DNA of 64,000 nucleotides from IMG/VR virus record IMGVR_UViG_3300041416_000287, positions 1 to 64,000 of that record; one strand, 5' to 3'. Shown piece by piece: positions 11,284 to 20,333 of this stretch (position 1 is its first letter; each line of letters starts with the position of its first letter). The notes under the pieces were generated by a model. It saw only the letters and a program-made list of their open reading frames with translations, ran no database searches and was not told where the DNA came from. The position numbers and the translations under genes were made by a program.

Positions 11284-11697
11284 ATGGCTAACTTTGTCGA
11301 TTCGGTGCCACAAGAGTTTATTACCAAGAATGATGAGACTAGACGTCAAGAGATAGTGACCACTATTCTGACTAGATATCCTGATCGAGTTCCTGTCCTA
11401 GTTGGACGAGCTACTCTTAAGGATACACCACCGATCTCAAAATACAAGTATCTGGTTCCTGCGGATATTACATTCGGTAAATTCGTCTATGAACTCCGGA
11501 GAAACATGACATTTGTCGATAAGAAAGCGAGTCTTTTCTTCTTCCTATCTAATAATACCCTAGCTCCATCCAATGGTACGATGTCAGAATTGTATAAGCG
11601 ATACAAATCGAGTGACGGCTTCCTCTATATTACCTATGCGGCTGAGAACACTTTTGGATTTCCCGTGAGTTCTGATGATTCAAGAGTTATTTCGTAA
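11284..11697 (+). CDS. atg8: Atg8/LC3/GABARAP-family ubiquitin-like protein
   Basis: YPDRVPVLV, KYKYLVPADITFGKFVYELR, SLFFFL, MSELY, DGFLYITYAAENTFG followed by a 12-aa extension. Confidence 0.95.
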   Translation: MANFVDSVPQEFITKNDETRRQEIVTTILTRYPDRVPVLVGRATLKDTPPISKYKYLVPADITFGKFVYELRRNMTFVDKKASLFFFLSNNTLAPSNGTMSELYKRYKSSDGFLYITYAAENTFGFPVSSDDSRVIS

Positions 11698-11717
11698 TGT
11701 TTCTCGAGTGAGAAATA

Positions 11718-11981
11718 TTACTGGGGTGTCGAGCCCTTAGGCCTAGAGAAGTGATCGATAGCCTTATTCCCCTCATCCTCATTGATTTCGATTAAGGACA
11801 CCGTCTTGCATCTTTGTTGGCGGCATTCACTCACATAGTGGTCGAATATCCGACGAGCTTCATCAAGATCATCCCAGGCCTCATCCAATGCCGGGTAAGT
11901 GACGCGACTTTTGTCAGTGTGATAAATGACCACTTGGTATTGAATAATATTCCCCATTTGGGGAGACCTTATTGTTGTCAC
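11718..11981 (-). CDS. hypothetical protein
   Basis: ORF filling the gap between neighbours. Confidence 0.5.
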   Translation of the reverse strand: MTTIRSPQMGNIIQYQVVIYHTDKSRVTYPALDEAWDDLDEARRIFDHYVSECRQQRCKTVSLIEINEDEGNKAIDHFSRPKGSTPQ

Positions 11982-11990
11982 GTAATATTT

Positions 11991-12569
11991 TCACTTTTCA
12001 TCATTGGCTTCCGGAACTGTTGTTGCTCCACCCCGAACAATCTCATCTAAAATATCACTAGATGCGGAGAGGGCTGACTGTACGGCTTGTAAAACTTGTG
12101 TTCCTCCATGAGTCAATTCGGGACCCTTCTTAAGATCACCATCGTGTCCATGGAGTAAATGCTTATATTCTTTGAGTTGAAGGTCGATATTAATGATAGT
12201 CACGTCTAACTCAGCTGTCTTATAAGCATCCGACTTGTAGGTAGCGATGAGATTCTGGATTCCTGCTTTAGCTTGGGCCAAATGATTGATTAATAATCGT
12301 CGGAAGGTCGGATGTTGATAATCAGTGAGAGCTTGGATGGCTTGGTCAATAACCTGATTAATATGTGTCATCAAGCCAATTCGATCCTCTCCATTGATAA
12401 ACCGCTTAAATGCCCCCCACCAGGACGTTTTGTTAGTAAAAGACATTGCGACAGTATTAAGCTTCTTTCCGGGGCCGATCATCCCTAAAAATCTAAGCTT
12501 AACTAGAATCTCATTAAGTGGAGCCGGAATGGCAATAGAAGTAGTGGCCAGTTTGGGAGCGATTGCCAT
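11991..12569 (-). CDS. hypothetical helical protein (NCLDV-type)
   Basis: 192-aa ORF; LVKLRFLGMI...SWWGAFKRFINGEDR resembles a common giant-virus hypothetical (from memory only). Confidence 0.6.
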   Translation of the reverse strand: MAIAPKLATTSIAIPAPLNEILVKLRFLGMIGPGKKLNTVAMSFTNKTSWWGAFKRFINGEDRIGLMTHINQVIDQAIQALTDYQHPTFRRLLINHLAQAKAGIQNLIATYKSDAYKTAELDVTIINIDLQLKEYKHLLHGHDGDLKKGPELTHGGTQVLQAVQSALSASSDILDEIVRGGATTVPEANDEK

Positions 12570-12733
12570 CTTTTCATTTCGGAAGATTTCTTGGTGGAAA
12601 ACCTAGTCAACCTATTCAAGATATTATTATTGTATATTTATCGCTAGGTCTATTTTAAGGGATAAGAACCACAACTACATGTTCACAATTGATCGAAATA
12701 ACTACTACCATAGGTTATACCTCAGCCATCCTC

Positions 12734-13327
12734 ATGGAAGTACCCGCCTTTAACTCATTTGAAGAGATTCTTGCGCACTATCGCAAATTCTTGAAAGGAA
12801 AGATGACATCGTGTCCCACCCACGATGGTCCGCTCGAAGACGAGTCCAAACCCATTCTTTCGGAATTACTGAAGATGAACAAGTATGTACTTACGGTGGA
12901 CTCGCAGCCGGGACTTGAAGAAGTCAGCACTCTGGATGGCACGTACAAACAACGTGCCTATGTGGACTGCTTCATGTCCAAAAAGAAGTACAAACAAGTG
13001 ACACAATTGCTCACAGCGAATACTGACTTACTCATCTTTGGCGAGCGGTATACCAAGCCGAGTACTAACCCTCCCAAAGCATCGATTCCAGTATCAATCG
13101 TTCTAACTACGGACCCCAGTGATGCCACGGATGTGATTGAAAAGATTGCAGTTGAATCCGAGCTACCAATGGGTTGGTTGAGCGAGGATATGGAGTTAAT
13201 TCTCACGAACACACCAGTTGAGAAACAGAGGAAGATTCTCGTCAACTTGTACTCAGTTCGTATCCTCGATCCCATTTGGGGGCGTCAGAAGTATCTTTTT
13301 GAGCACATGGCGGCCGCCCTAAAGTAA
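12734..13327 (+). CDS. protein resembling the MTHFR C-terminal regulatory domain / DUF6919
   Basis: GPLEDESKPILSELLKMNKYVLTVDSQPG...KQRAYVDCF parallels the MTHFR-C pattern ET..I...L...N..G.LTINSQP...QKAY.EFF. An upstream TTG start at 12689 is possible. Confidence 0.6.
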   Translation: MEVPAFNSFEEILAHYRKFLKGKMTSCPTHDGPLEDESKPILSELLKMNKYVLTVDSQPGLEEVSTLDGTYKQRAYVDCFMSKKKYKQVTQLLTANTDLLIFGERYTKPSTNPPKASIPVSIVLTTDPSDATDVIEKIAVESELPMGWLSEDMELILTNTPVEKQRKILVNLYSVRILDPIWGRQKYLFEHMAAALK

Positions 13328-13358
13328 AAAACTTCATCGTACTAACGTTAGTATGATG

Positions 13359-13781
13359 TCAAACAGGATTGTATTCGGGTCGCGGTTGTTGCGCCCTGAT
13401 ATAAGCAACAATCAGTCCGATTATCAGGGCAACAATTGGAGCAAAAGTTATAATGAGGGTATACATAGGAATAATATCTGTATTCGCGGCCATGCAGAAT
13501 AAATTGACGAAGAACCATAATGGTAATGGCATCAATACGTAAGAGGCAGGGATAAAGGTCCACATCTCATTCGTTAGTTCCTTCCCTAATACGATGATTC
13601 CCCACAGGGTCAACATGGTTTGAATAATTGCCGATCCTAGAACAACATCGGCAGCTAGTTCAGTCCCTTTATTTATGGCAACAATGGCTGACTGGATGAG
13701 GGCAGGACAGATAATGAGACAGATACATGATAATATCAAAAGTACAGCACGCGGTTGTGGACAGAATCGATCATTGTCCAT
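13359..13781 (-). CDS. 4-TM membrane protein, paralog A (ends EYNPV)
   Basis: Four hydrophobic segments; aligns with 13847..14335. Confidence 0.7.
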   Translation of the reverse strand: MDNDRFCPQPRAVLLILSCICLIICPALIQSAIVAINKGTELAADVVLGSAIIQTMLTLWGIIVLGKELTNEMWTFIPASYVLMPLPLWFFVNLFCMAANTDIIPMYTLIITFAPIVALIIGLIVAYIRAQQPRPEYNPV

Positions 13782-13846
13782 TTGGTCCAAATGCCATTAG
13801 GGACATAATATATATTCAATTGGAATGTGTGATGCTCATCACACAT

Positions 13847-14335
13847 TTAAACGGGGGTATATTCCTCCTTCAACCGTCGAGCGGCTGCATACCCAGCCCC
13901 TGATCCAAGCGCCCCCGCGACAATAGGTAGATAGACCAGAAGATGAATAGTGACTGGAATAATGGTCGCATTCACCCATGAACAAATCCAGTTCGTGAGG
14001 ATCCAGACTGGCAAAGCATAAAGAATATAGGATCCTTTCAGTACAGTGCGTAATTCGAGCAGATCCTGACCAAAAACCACGCCAGCTCCACGACAATTAG
14101 CATCACAAACCCAATCTCCCTTGGCATCTATCGACCCATAAAATAACTCATAACCGCCATAGGCACTAATAATACTCTGAAGGATGGCACAAATACAAAT
14201 CGTAACCACAGCCACCATATTGTTATAATTTAACCCTACGATTACGGATTCGGTCACGAAGGGAACAATATATAGTAGGAAGTAAACGGTAATCGAGACC
14301 CCAGCCCACATACATTCCTTAGTTCGGGTACTCAT
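13847..14335 (-). CDS. 4-TM membrane protein, paralog B (ends EYTPV)
   Basis: Shares Y(V/I)L..LP.W...N..C...N..IIP and PIVA with paralog A. Confidence 0.7.
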   Translation of the reverse strand: MSTRTKECMWAGVSITVYFLLYIVPFVTESVIVGLNYNNMVAVVTICICAILQSIISAYGGYELFYGSIDAKGDWVCDANCRGAGVVFGQDLLELRTVLKGSYILYALPVWILTNWICSWVNATIIPVTIHLLVYLPIVAGALGSGAGYAAARRLKEEYTPV

Positions 14336-14532
14336 CGGCTTTGCATATAATACATAGCGAACATAATATTATCAGTTGTTAGTGTCGTCAGTATATCTGG
14401 TATACTAGCCCGATTGGTGACTACTGCTACCTCCCCTAACAGCCTTAACGGCCCTAACGGGTCTTGATGACGCTGAGAGATAATACCATGAATAAAATGA
14501 AATATATAACGATGCCATAACTATTTGGTTAA

Positions 14533-15525
14533 ATGTGGTGGCTAGTTTACCTGGCGGTAGCCGTAGTAGCCTATCTCTTGTGGGACATAGGAGCTCACGG
14601 TCCTCTCTTTCGGAATATGGTGTCCGTGTTCAGCCTCTTCTTTGCTACTCATCGCAGTATAGGACGCCTGCTCGGTATTCAGTACTTCCGATCGGATACT
14701 TGGGAAACATCACGATCCGAGACCAGTCTTCAATTCCCAACATTTGGAGCTCTTTGGCTCGTGGGCATTGATTATGAGATTGGACGTGACGAGCATATCC
14801 GTGCTCTCAAGACGCGTCAAACCAGCCATACCCGAGATATCAATCTCACTCAATATATCCAGATGCTGGTTGGCCGCCGTCTTAACATCGTCGAAATCGA
14901 GGACTTCCTTATCCGAGCATGGCTGTCAGAATTGATCGAAGTGTATAGTATTGCTCCACCAAGTGATACCGAGGCTTATGTCCGCGGAATCAAAGCGATG
15001 CGCAGCTTCTTTTCCCTCCGACGAACATATCTACCCGGTGCTCTAAAACTACTCTGGACCCAGTTCAGTGATTTTAAGGCATTGCGTGACTACTTGACGA
15101 GTCTCCCCAAGGGTGAAGAACGAGTGATCATGCTCATTACTATGCTGACCACTATTGATAATTCACTCCACAATCTTGTAAGTGATCCACGTCCGATTAA
15201 CCAATTTGCGGACATGTTCAGTACGGCGCCAGTTGGATCAATCTCTGTCCATACACAAGGTCGCATGGCAATCTGCGACATCGTAGTTAATACTGCAGAC
15301 AATCCTGGCAACAGTGTTTTCGGACCCAAAGGCCTTATCTGCCCAGGTAATAGGATCACCTCCTCTGTGCTAAAGAGTGTAGCTGACCTTAAGCGCAACT
15401 TTGTAGTCAAAGTGGAGGGCACGCCAGAGCTGAGGCCCGGAGCCGGACGTAAGATTTGGAACCCGGAGAGCGTCTTTGTAACTTTCTGCGATCGTACCGA
15501 AGATAATTCGGAGATAATACTATGA
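14533..15525 (+). CDS. highly divergent, short cytochrome P450-like protein with N-terminal TM anchor
   Basis: N-terminal TM helix; FGPKGLICPG near the C-terminus resembles the FxxGxRxCxG heme-thiolate loop; an L-helix-like segment follows. Confidence 0.5.
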   Translation: MWWLVYLAVAVVAYLLWDIGAHGPLFRNMVSVFSLFFATHRSIGRLLGIQYFRSDTWETSRSETSLQFPTFGALWLVGIDYEIGRDEHIRALKTRQTSHTRDINLTQYIQMLVGRRLNIVEIEDFLIRAWLSELIEVYSIAPPSDTEAYVRGIKAMRSFFSLRRTYLPGALKLLWTQFSDFKALRDYLTSLPKGEERVIMLITMLTTIDNSLHNLVSDPRPINQFADMFSTAPVGSISVHTQGRMAICDIVVNTADNPGNSVFGPKGLICPGNRITSSVLKSVADLKRNFVVKVEGTPELRPGAGRKIWNPESVFVTFCDRTEDNSEIIL

Positions 15526-15583
15526 ATAAAATGAGTGTATATAAGCACACTAATATTATAGCCTCTATACTAAAGGACGCACC

Positions 15584-15919
15584 ATGAGTGACATCTTAAT
15601 TCCTGACACCAATACTGCAACTCCTATGCCTAGTTCTGATCTTCGACAAAAGTATCGAGCTTGTGATGATCCGAATCGACCCGCATGTCGCGATTTTGTG
15701 AATCAGGGCAAATGTCATCGACGCCATCACTGTAAATTCTACCATCCTAAGGTAGTCACCCGAGAAATTACCAAACGAACGAAGCGAGACTTGGGTCACT
15801 GTTATTGTGGAGCCACACAGAAAACGATCATGGTATTCAAGAGGAATGAAGACGGAATGACCCAACATTTCTTCCGTGTTTGTGGCCGAACTGGAAAATC
15901 AATGACGAAATGCATGTAA
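15584..15919 (+). CDS. CCCH zinc-finger protein
   Basis: CRDFVNQGKCHRRHHCKFYH = C-x8-C-x5-C-x3-H; a second Cys cluster lies C-terminal. Confidence 0.8.
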   Translation: MSDILIPDTNTATPMPSSDLRQKYRACDDPNRPACRDFVNQGKCHRRHHCKFYHPKVVTREITKRTKRDLGHCYCGATQKTIMVFKRNEDGMTQHFFRVCGRTGKSMTKCM

Positions 15920-15941
15920 GAATATATCTACTTCAGATATA

Positions 15942-16256
15942 TTAGATCATATGGATGGACATATCCGTCACTATTTCACATGGTTCATCCCAACTCCAGG
16001 TCATTTCGTAATCAGAGGCTTTCAACCAAACATTCAGCTTACAATAGAACATGTAATCAACTGGCAGTCCGGGAATAATAGCATAAAAACGTTTACTCTC
16101 TATCCGGAAAGGGAACTCCTTAGCTTCCTTAATTTCACGGGCAATTATGATCTTAGCTTGATCCAGGTCTGATAACAAGTTGATACTTGTCGCTTCAGAG
16201 CCGATTTCCAACTGTCGCTTCTTCGCCGAAGCAGGAATTAACCCTACAAGCTCCAT
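15942..16256 (-). CDS. hypothetical protein
   Basis: ORF with TAAATG start and a 3' hairpin. Confidence 0.55.
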   Translation of the reverse strand: MELVGLIPASAKKRQLEIGSEATSINLLSDLDQAKIIIAREIKEAKEFPFRIESKRFYAIIPGLPVDYMFYCKLNVWLKASDYEMTWSWDEPCEIVTDMSIHMI

Positions 16257-16310
16257 TTATTAGAGTGTATATTCATTTAGATATATATCCAATCCGAATA
16301 TATATTTCTT

Positions 16311-16874
16311 TCACGACGTGGCTATAATATAGTCATAAATACTCTTCACGATGATCAGGATATTAAAGTCGGCTAACGGATCATAAGGTTCATTGATGTC
16401 AATCAGAGGACTGAAATAAGTGCGATTATCCCATATGGTACCGAAGATTTGCTTAAGAGTTTCCATTTGGGATCGAGTGGCCTGATCGGTATGGGAGGCA
16501 AAAATCCACACTCTTGCTTTAATCTGAGGTAGTATTCTATTGTATTCTAGTAAGAACTGAGCCATGGCGGCATCATCAGTGGCATTGATGATCCAAACGA
16601 CAGCACCAGTGCTAGCCGTGTTTATGAGTTCGATAATCTCGTCATTACTCTGACCCTCAGAATCTTGAATAGAGTCGGAGGGAATAGCATCCCATAGCGT
16701 TACCCGAACATTTTGGCAGAATCGACTCTTACCTACCCCTAAATTTCCAACCACCTTGATATTAATCGGATTCGGTCGCCTTGCCCGATATTCCTTTAGA
16801 TTAGTGATCAACTTAGGAATTTCCTGGTCGGGATCTTGCTTCTCAAGCTGAAACTTATATGGACTCGTTCCCAT
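16311..16874 (-). CDS. degenerate small-GTPase-like P-loop protein, paralog 1
   Basis: IKVVGNLGVGKS, AVVWIINA, WIFASHTD; C-terminus DPLADFN. Confidence 0.65.
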   Translation of the reverse strand: MGTSPYKFQLEKQDPDQEIPKLITNLKEYRARRPNPINIKVVGNLGVGKSRFCQNVRVTLWDAIPSDSIQDSEGQSNDEIIELINTASTGAVVWIINATDDAAMAQFLLEYNRILPQIKARVWIFASHTDQATRSQMETLKQIFGTIWDNRTYFSPLIDINEPYDPLADFNILIIVKSIYDYIIATS

Positions 16875-16938
16875 TTCTTTAATTAGTAATAGTCTTAGCT
16901 TCAGAGCAATTATATGTTCACCACATATAACTTAAGAA

Positions 16939-17478
16939 TTAGGCCCTTGCCGCCATGAGGTCATAGATGTGTTTCACGGGCATCAGAGCGTTGTAATCAG
17001 CTAAGGGATCCTCGTTTTGAGTTAATGGGGCATAATAGAGTCGACAGCTGTATGGTTCCGTCTCATTCATGTGATTTAGCATCCATACTTGCGCCTCAGG
17101 GGTCTTATCAACATGAGTGAAGAAAAACATAAGCTTCCGGCCAAAATGCTGCGGTGCTTGCTTAAAAGCATCTTGAAATCGGTTCAAAGCTCGGTCCTTA
17201 CTTGCATCGATAATCCAAACGACACCCTCTGCCTTAGTTGTCCTCAGAGTCTCGATAATTTCTTCATCCTGCTGGCCTCGATGTTCGACAATCGGGGTCT
17301 TGATTATTTTGTTAAGCCGATTGCAGAAAGTAGTCTTCCCTGACCCTGGATTTCCCACCACAAGAATGCTGTTGGGAACTACTACTCGGTATAGAGTTCC
17401 ACGCATGTGACCAAGTAGTTCTGAAGTATCTGTCTTCACATCGTCGCAATGGTAAGCGTACTGATCGTATTGACTCAT
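16939..17478 (-). CDS. degenerate small-GTPase-like P-loop protein, paralog 2
   Basis: ILVVGNPGSGKTT, GVVWIIDAS, FFFTHVDK; C-terminus DPLADYN. Confidence 0.65.
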   Translation of the reverse strand: MSQYDQYAYHCDDVKTDTSELLGHMRGTLYRVVVPNSILVVGNPGSGKTTFCNRLNKIIKTPIVEHRGQQDEEIIETLRTTKAEGVVWIIDASKDRALNRFQDAFKQAPQHFGRKLMFFFTHVDKTPEAQVWMLNHMNETEPYSCRLYYAPLTQNEDPLADYNALMPVKHIYDLMAARA

Positions 17479-17516
17479 TTTCCCAGTATGCCATATCTTT
17501 CATTTTCAATCAATTC

Positions 17517-18698
17517 TCATCTCATTTCATACATGCGAGCCAACGTTTCACTATAATACGTGAGGTCTTGAGGACTTACTACCGCTCCTTCTTGAACAAA
17601 ATCTTGAATTCCCTTACCCATGGCCCGTCCTTGTTGCGTGTGCTTATCGATGGCAAAGGCGTCAACCGTCAAAATGAAGTCCCCATTTAACATCTGGGCT
17701 AGTGACGGCTGTAGACGCCAAGTATTGATATCAGGCTCCATGTCCAGTTTTCGATAGGGTAATCCATACAAAGCGGCCATTATAGCTACTGATAGAAATG
17801 GCCGGTTCTCTGTGTGACCATAATAAGCATTGGCTAAGATGTCATGCGTTTCTGGGGGCAGAATCTTGCTTAGTGCTTTCCACAATAAAATATCGGCCTT
17901 ACCGGTGACATTTCGTGGGGACCCTTGAATAAACTTCCTCCGTTTAGCAATGGTCAAATCACCTATCACTTCAAAGAAGAAATGGACCCAACTAAAAGCA
18001 TTAAAATTTTTCTCATATAATCGCTTCAAAAAGATCAGAACATAGGGGCGAATATTGTCCGGGTCTCCAGGGAGAAATAAGTCTGAATTCTGGTTTTGAG
18101 CGATGTACTTAAGGTCGGCCTCGGTAAATCCAGTGTCGACCGGTAATCCCACTTGTATGGCAATGGCCCGTCCCTCAACCGTTCCGTAAGCTCTCCACAG
18201 ATGGCTCATCATTCGAGTCTTGGGGCTTTGAGCTAGTAACTGGACCATGGTTACTAAGCGGGCGATATCACGGTCATCAGAGTCCACAACTCGAGTGACT
18301 TCCAAACACAGGGGAAGATTAGCTGGGCCAACATCCTCATTAGCAATAATGGCAAGACGGTTATACAAATTAGTTACGGCAGCTTGACCGCCAACTTCTC
18401 CGAGGCGATACAATTCAATAGCCGTAAGAATCGCTTTCTCCGGCATATTACGCCGAACATATTTCTGGAGGGCGGACTTAGCCACATCGAGGTCAATCCC
18501 ACTGTATGTCTTAGTCGCCCCACCGCGAAGTCCCTTCCACTCCATCTTCCCTAATCGTCGCTGTGGTTGAGTTGGGGCAATCGGTGGAGTTACATTAAGG
18601 GTCATCGGGATGGGAGTTGTGACAACTGGGGCAGCCGGAAGTAATATTAATGGATGATGACCTGGAGCTGTGGCCATCACTAGTCCAGGATGTGCCAT
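17517..18698 (-). CDS. RarA/MgsA (WRNIP1) C-terminal-like domain protein lacking the AAA+ module
   Basis: KSALQKYVRR and RLAIIANEDVG parallel RarA ISALHKSIRG and RLVRIASEDIG; no Walker A present. Confidence 0.65.
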   Translation of the reverse strand: MAHPGLVMATAPGHHPLILLPAAPVVTTPIPMTLNVTPPIAPTQPQRRLGKMEWKGLRGGATKTYSGIDLDVAKSALQKYVRRNMPEKAILTAIELYRLGEVGGQAAVTNLYNRLAIIANEDVGPANLPLCLEVTRVVDSDDRDIARLVTMVQLLAQSPKTRMMSHLWRAYGTVEGRAIAIQVGLPVDTGFTEADLKYIAQNQNSDLFLPGDPDNIRPYVLIFLKRLYEKNFNAFSWVHFFFEVIGDLTIAKRRKFIQGSPRNVTGKADILLWKALSKILPPETHDILANAYYGHTENRPFLSVAIMAALYGLPYRKLDMEPDINTWRLQPSLAQMLNGDFILTVDAFAIDKHTQQGRAMGKGIQDFVQEGAVVSPQDLTYYSETLARMYEMR

Positions 18699-18798
18699 TT
18701 ACTAGAGAGGGAGTTAACAATAGTATAGTTGTTATTAATATGATCTGTTTTAGATTCAAATGAATCCCACCTAAGGAAACTTAGGGGACTAGTAAAAT

Positions 18799-19410
18799 AT
18801 GTCACGCAAGGTCAAACTAGTATTATCAGGAGAGAGTGGTGTTGGGAAATCATCTATTATATCCCGATTTTATCGAAACGAGGAGCCACATCCGGGAACT
18901 ACTGTTGGTGGGGCTTTATTTCGAGAGCGATTAATTCAAATCGATCCCGTTACTAGGAAGAATAAAACGATCGATGTTGATATCTGGGACACGGCCGGGC
19001 AAGAGCGTTTTCGTAGCATGAGCGGATTTTATTTCAGGAATTGCGATTATTGTCTCCTTGTTTTCGATCTTAATGATCGGGAGTCATTCGTCAGGATGGA
19101 AGAGTGGCGACAGATTTGTGAGAAAGTTCGTCCCGACGGTCAAACTACTTACTTTGTAATTGGAAACAAATCAGATGTCGAGCAGCGACAAGTCACCAGA
19201 ACAGCAATCCTAGAATACTGCCAAGCGCACCAGATTGCTCGCTATTTGGAGACTAGTGCCAAGGAAGGAGTTGGGATTGGCGAATTACACGAAGCGCTGA
19301 AAGACCATCTATGGTCGAATTTCGCCAACTTGCCCACTGATCAAGTCAATGTTCCAGCTCCCACTACCCAATCAACGGCGGAGGAATGGAAATTACCTTG
19401 CGCTTGCTAA
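18799..19410 (+). CDS. Rab-family small GTPase
   Basis: G1 GESGVGKS, IWDTAGQERFRSM, GNKSD, ETSAK, C-terminal CAC (CxC prenylation). Confidence 0.95.
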   Translation: MSRKVKLVLSGESGVGKSSIISRFYRNEEPHPGTTVGGALFRERLIQIDPVTRKNKTIDVDIWDTAGQERFRSMSGFYFRNCDYCLLVFDLNDRESFVRMEEWRQICEKVRPDGQTTYFVIGNKSDVEQRQVTRTAILEYCQAHQIARYLETSAKEGVGIGELHEALKDHLWSNFANLPTDQVNVPAPTTQSTAEEWKLPCAC

Positions 19411-19458
19411 ATCTTTCCCTAAAGGAAAGATCTTAAACCATGATCGTAAATTTACGAT
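19411..19458. terminator. two hairpins between the convergent Rab and F-box genes
   Basis: atctttcc/ggaaagat (19411-19431) and palindrome atcgtaaatttacgat (19443-19458). Confidence 0.6.
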
Positions 19459-19464
19459 TATGTT

Positions 19465-20319
19465 TCAGACGGTAAGCCGAATAAATTCTTGATGGAGGAA
19501 TGTTATTCGTCCGGGAGTAAGCCGAATAAATTCTTGATGGAGGAATGTTATTCGTCCGGGAGTTAGATGAGGAAGATCGTAGGTGGATAAGGTTTCGGCA
19601 GTCAGGGTCGCGGGTAACATCGCCAGAAAGTCCTCTCGAATAATCTCGAATTCATCCGGACGAATCTCCTCGAGCACAGGGAAGTGGTGTTGTAGAATTG
19701 GGAAACTATAGAGGTCAATGATCGGTTCGATCATATCTACAAGGATAATTCCGGCACTGGCGAACTCAATCAAAATGTCAGCCAGATCCGCATTGGCGGA
19801 ATAGTCCATTAGTGACTGCTCGAAGGCAGGGGAAATATAGATCCAAGGTTGAGGTACTGAAACATATCGATATTGAGGGTGCGATCGTTTGAACCACTCG
19901 GAGAAGAAAGACCTAATTCCTTGCGTCATCCACCATTGCTTGTCACAAAACAGAAATAGTTGGGTTCCCAACAAGATTCGTGTCGTTTCCGGAATGTAGG
20001 ACATCGATTCGAACATGGGAATAGGCAACTTCCACTCATGCTCCATATATAAGTTTATTTCGGGGACATTAGGAATCAAACGGACTATTGAAAAATCGGT
20101 CCCGATCTGAAGGACGATATTGTGAGCAATCGATAATAGCTTCTGAAACTGGCAGATCCAGACAAATGGAATAAGAGTGAATGTTGATGTCCTTAAGTGT
20201 CGAACTTTATTCCGAGCTGTGATGACAAAGTGGCAACATGTCTGCAGACATTGAACCAAATCCTCAACATCAATGAGCTCAAAGATTATAGTCAGGATAT
20301 CAGGCAGTAATGCGTCCAT
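19465..20319 (-). CDS. F-box-like protein
   Basis: N-terminal LLPDILTIIFELIDVEDLVQCLQTC. Confidence 0.6.
   Translation of the reverse strand: MDALLPDILTIIFELIDVEDLVQCLQTCCHFVITARNKVRHLRTSTFTLIPFVWICQFQKLLSIAHNIVLQIGTDFSIVRLIPNVPEINLYMEHEWKLPIPMFESMSYIPETTRILLGTQLFLFCDKQWWMTQGIRSFFSEWFKRSHPQYRYVSVPQPWIYISPAFEQSLMDYSANADLADILIEFASAGIILVDMIEPIIDLYSFPILQHHFPVLEEIRPDEFEIIREDFLAMLPATLTAETLSTYDLPHLTPGRITFLHQEFIRLTPGRITFLHQEFIRLTV
19472..19561. repeat. perfect 2 x 45-bp tandem duplication
   Basis: gtaagccgaataaattcttgatggaggaatgttattcgtccggga at 19472-19516 and 19517-19561. Confidence 0.95.
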
Positions 20320-20333
20320 GGAGATATTTTAAT

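Noticed and set aside
14434-14462. Short 9-bp-period c(c/t)taac(a/g)g repeat in an intergenic region
   Set aside because: Only three imperfect copies; too short to support a telomere-like or regulatory claim.
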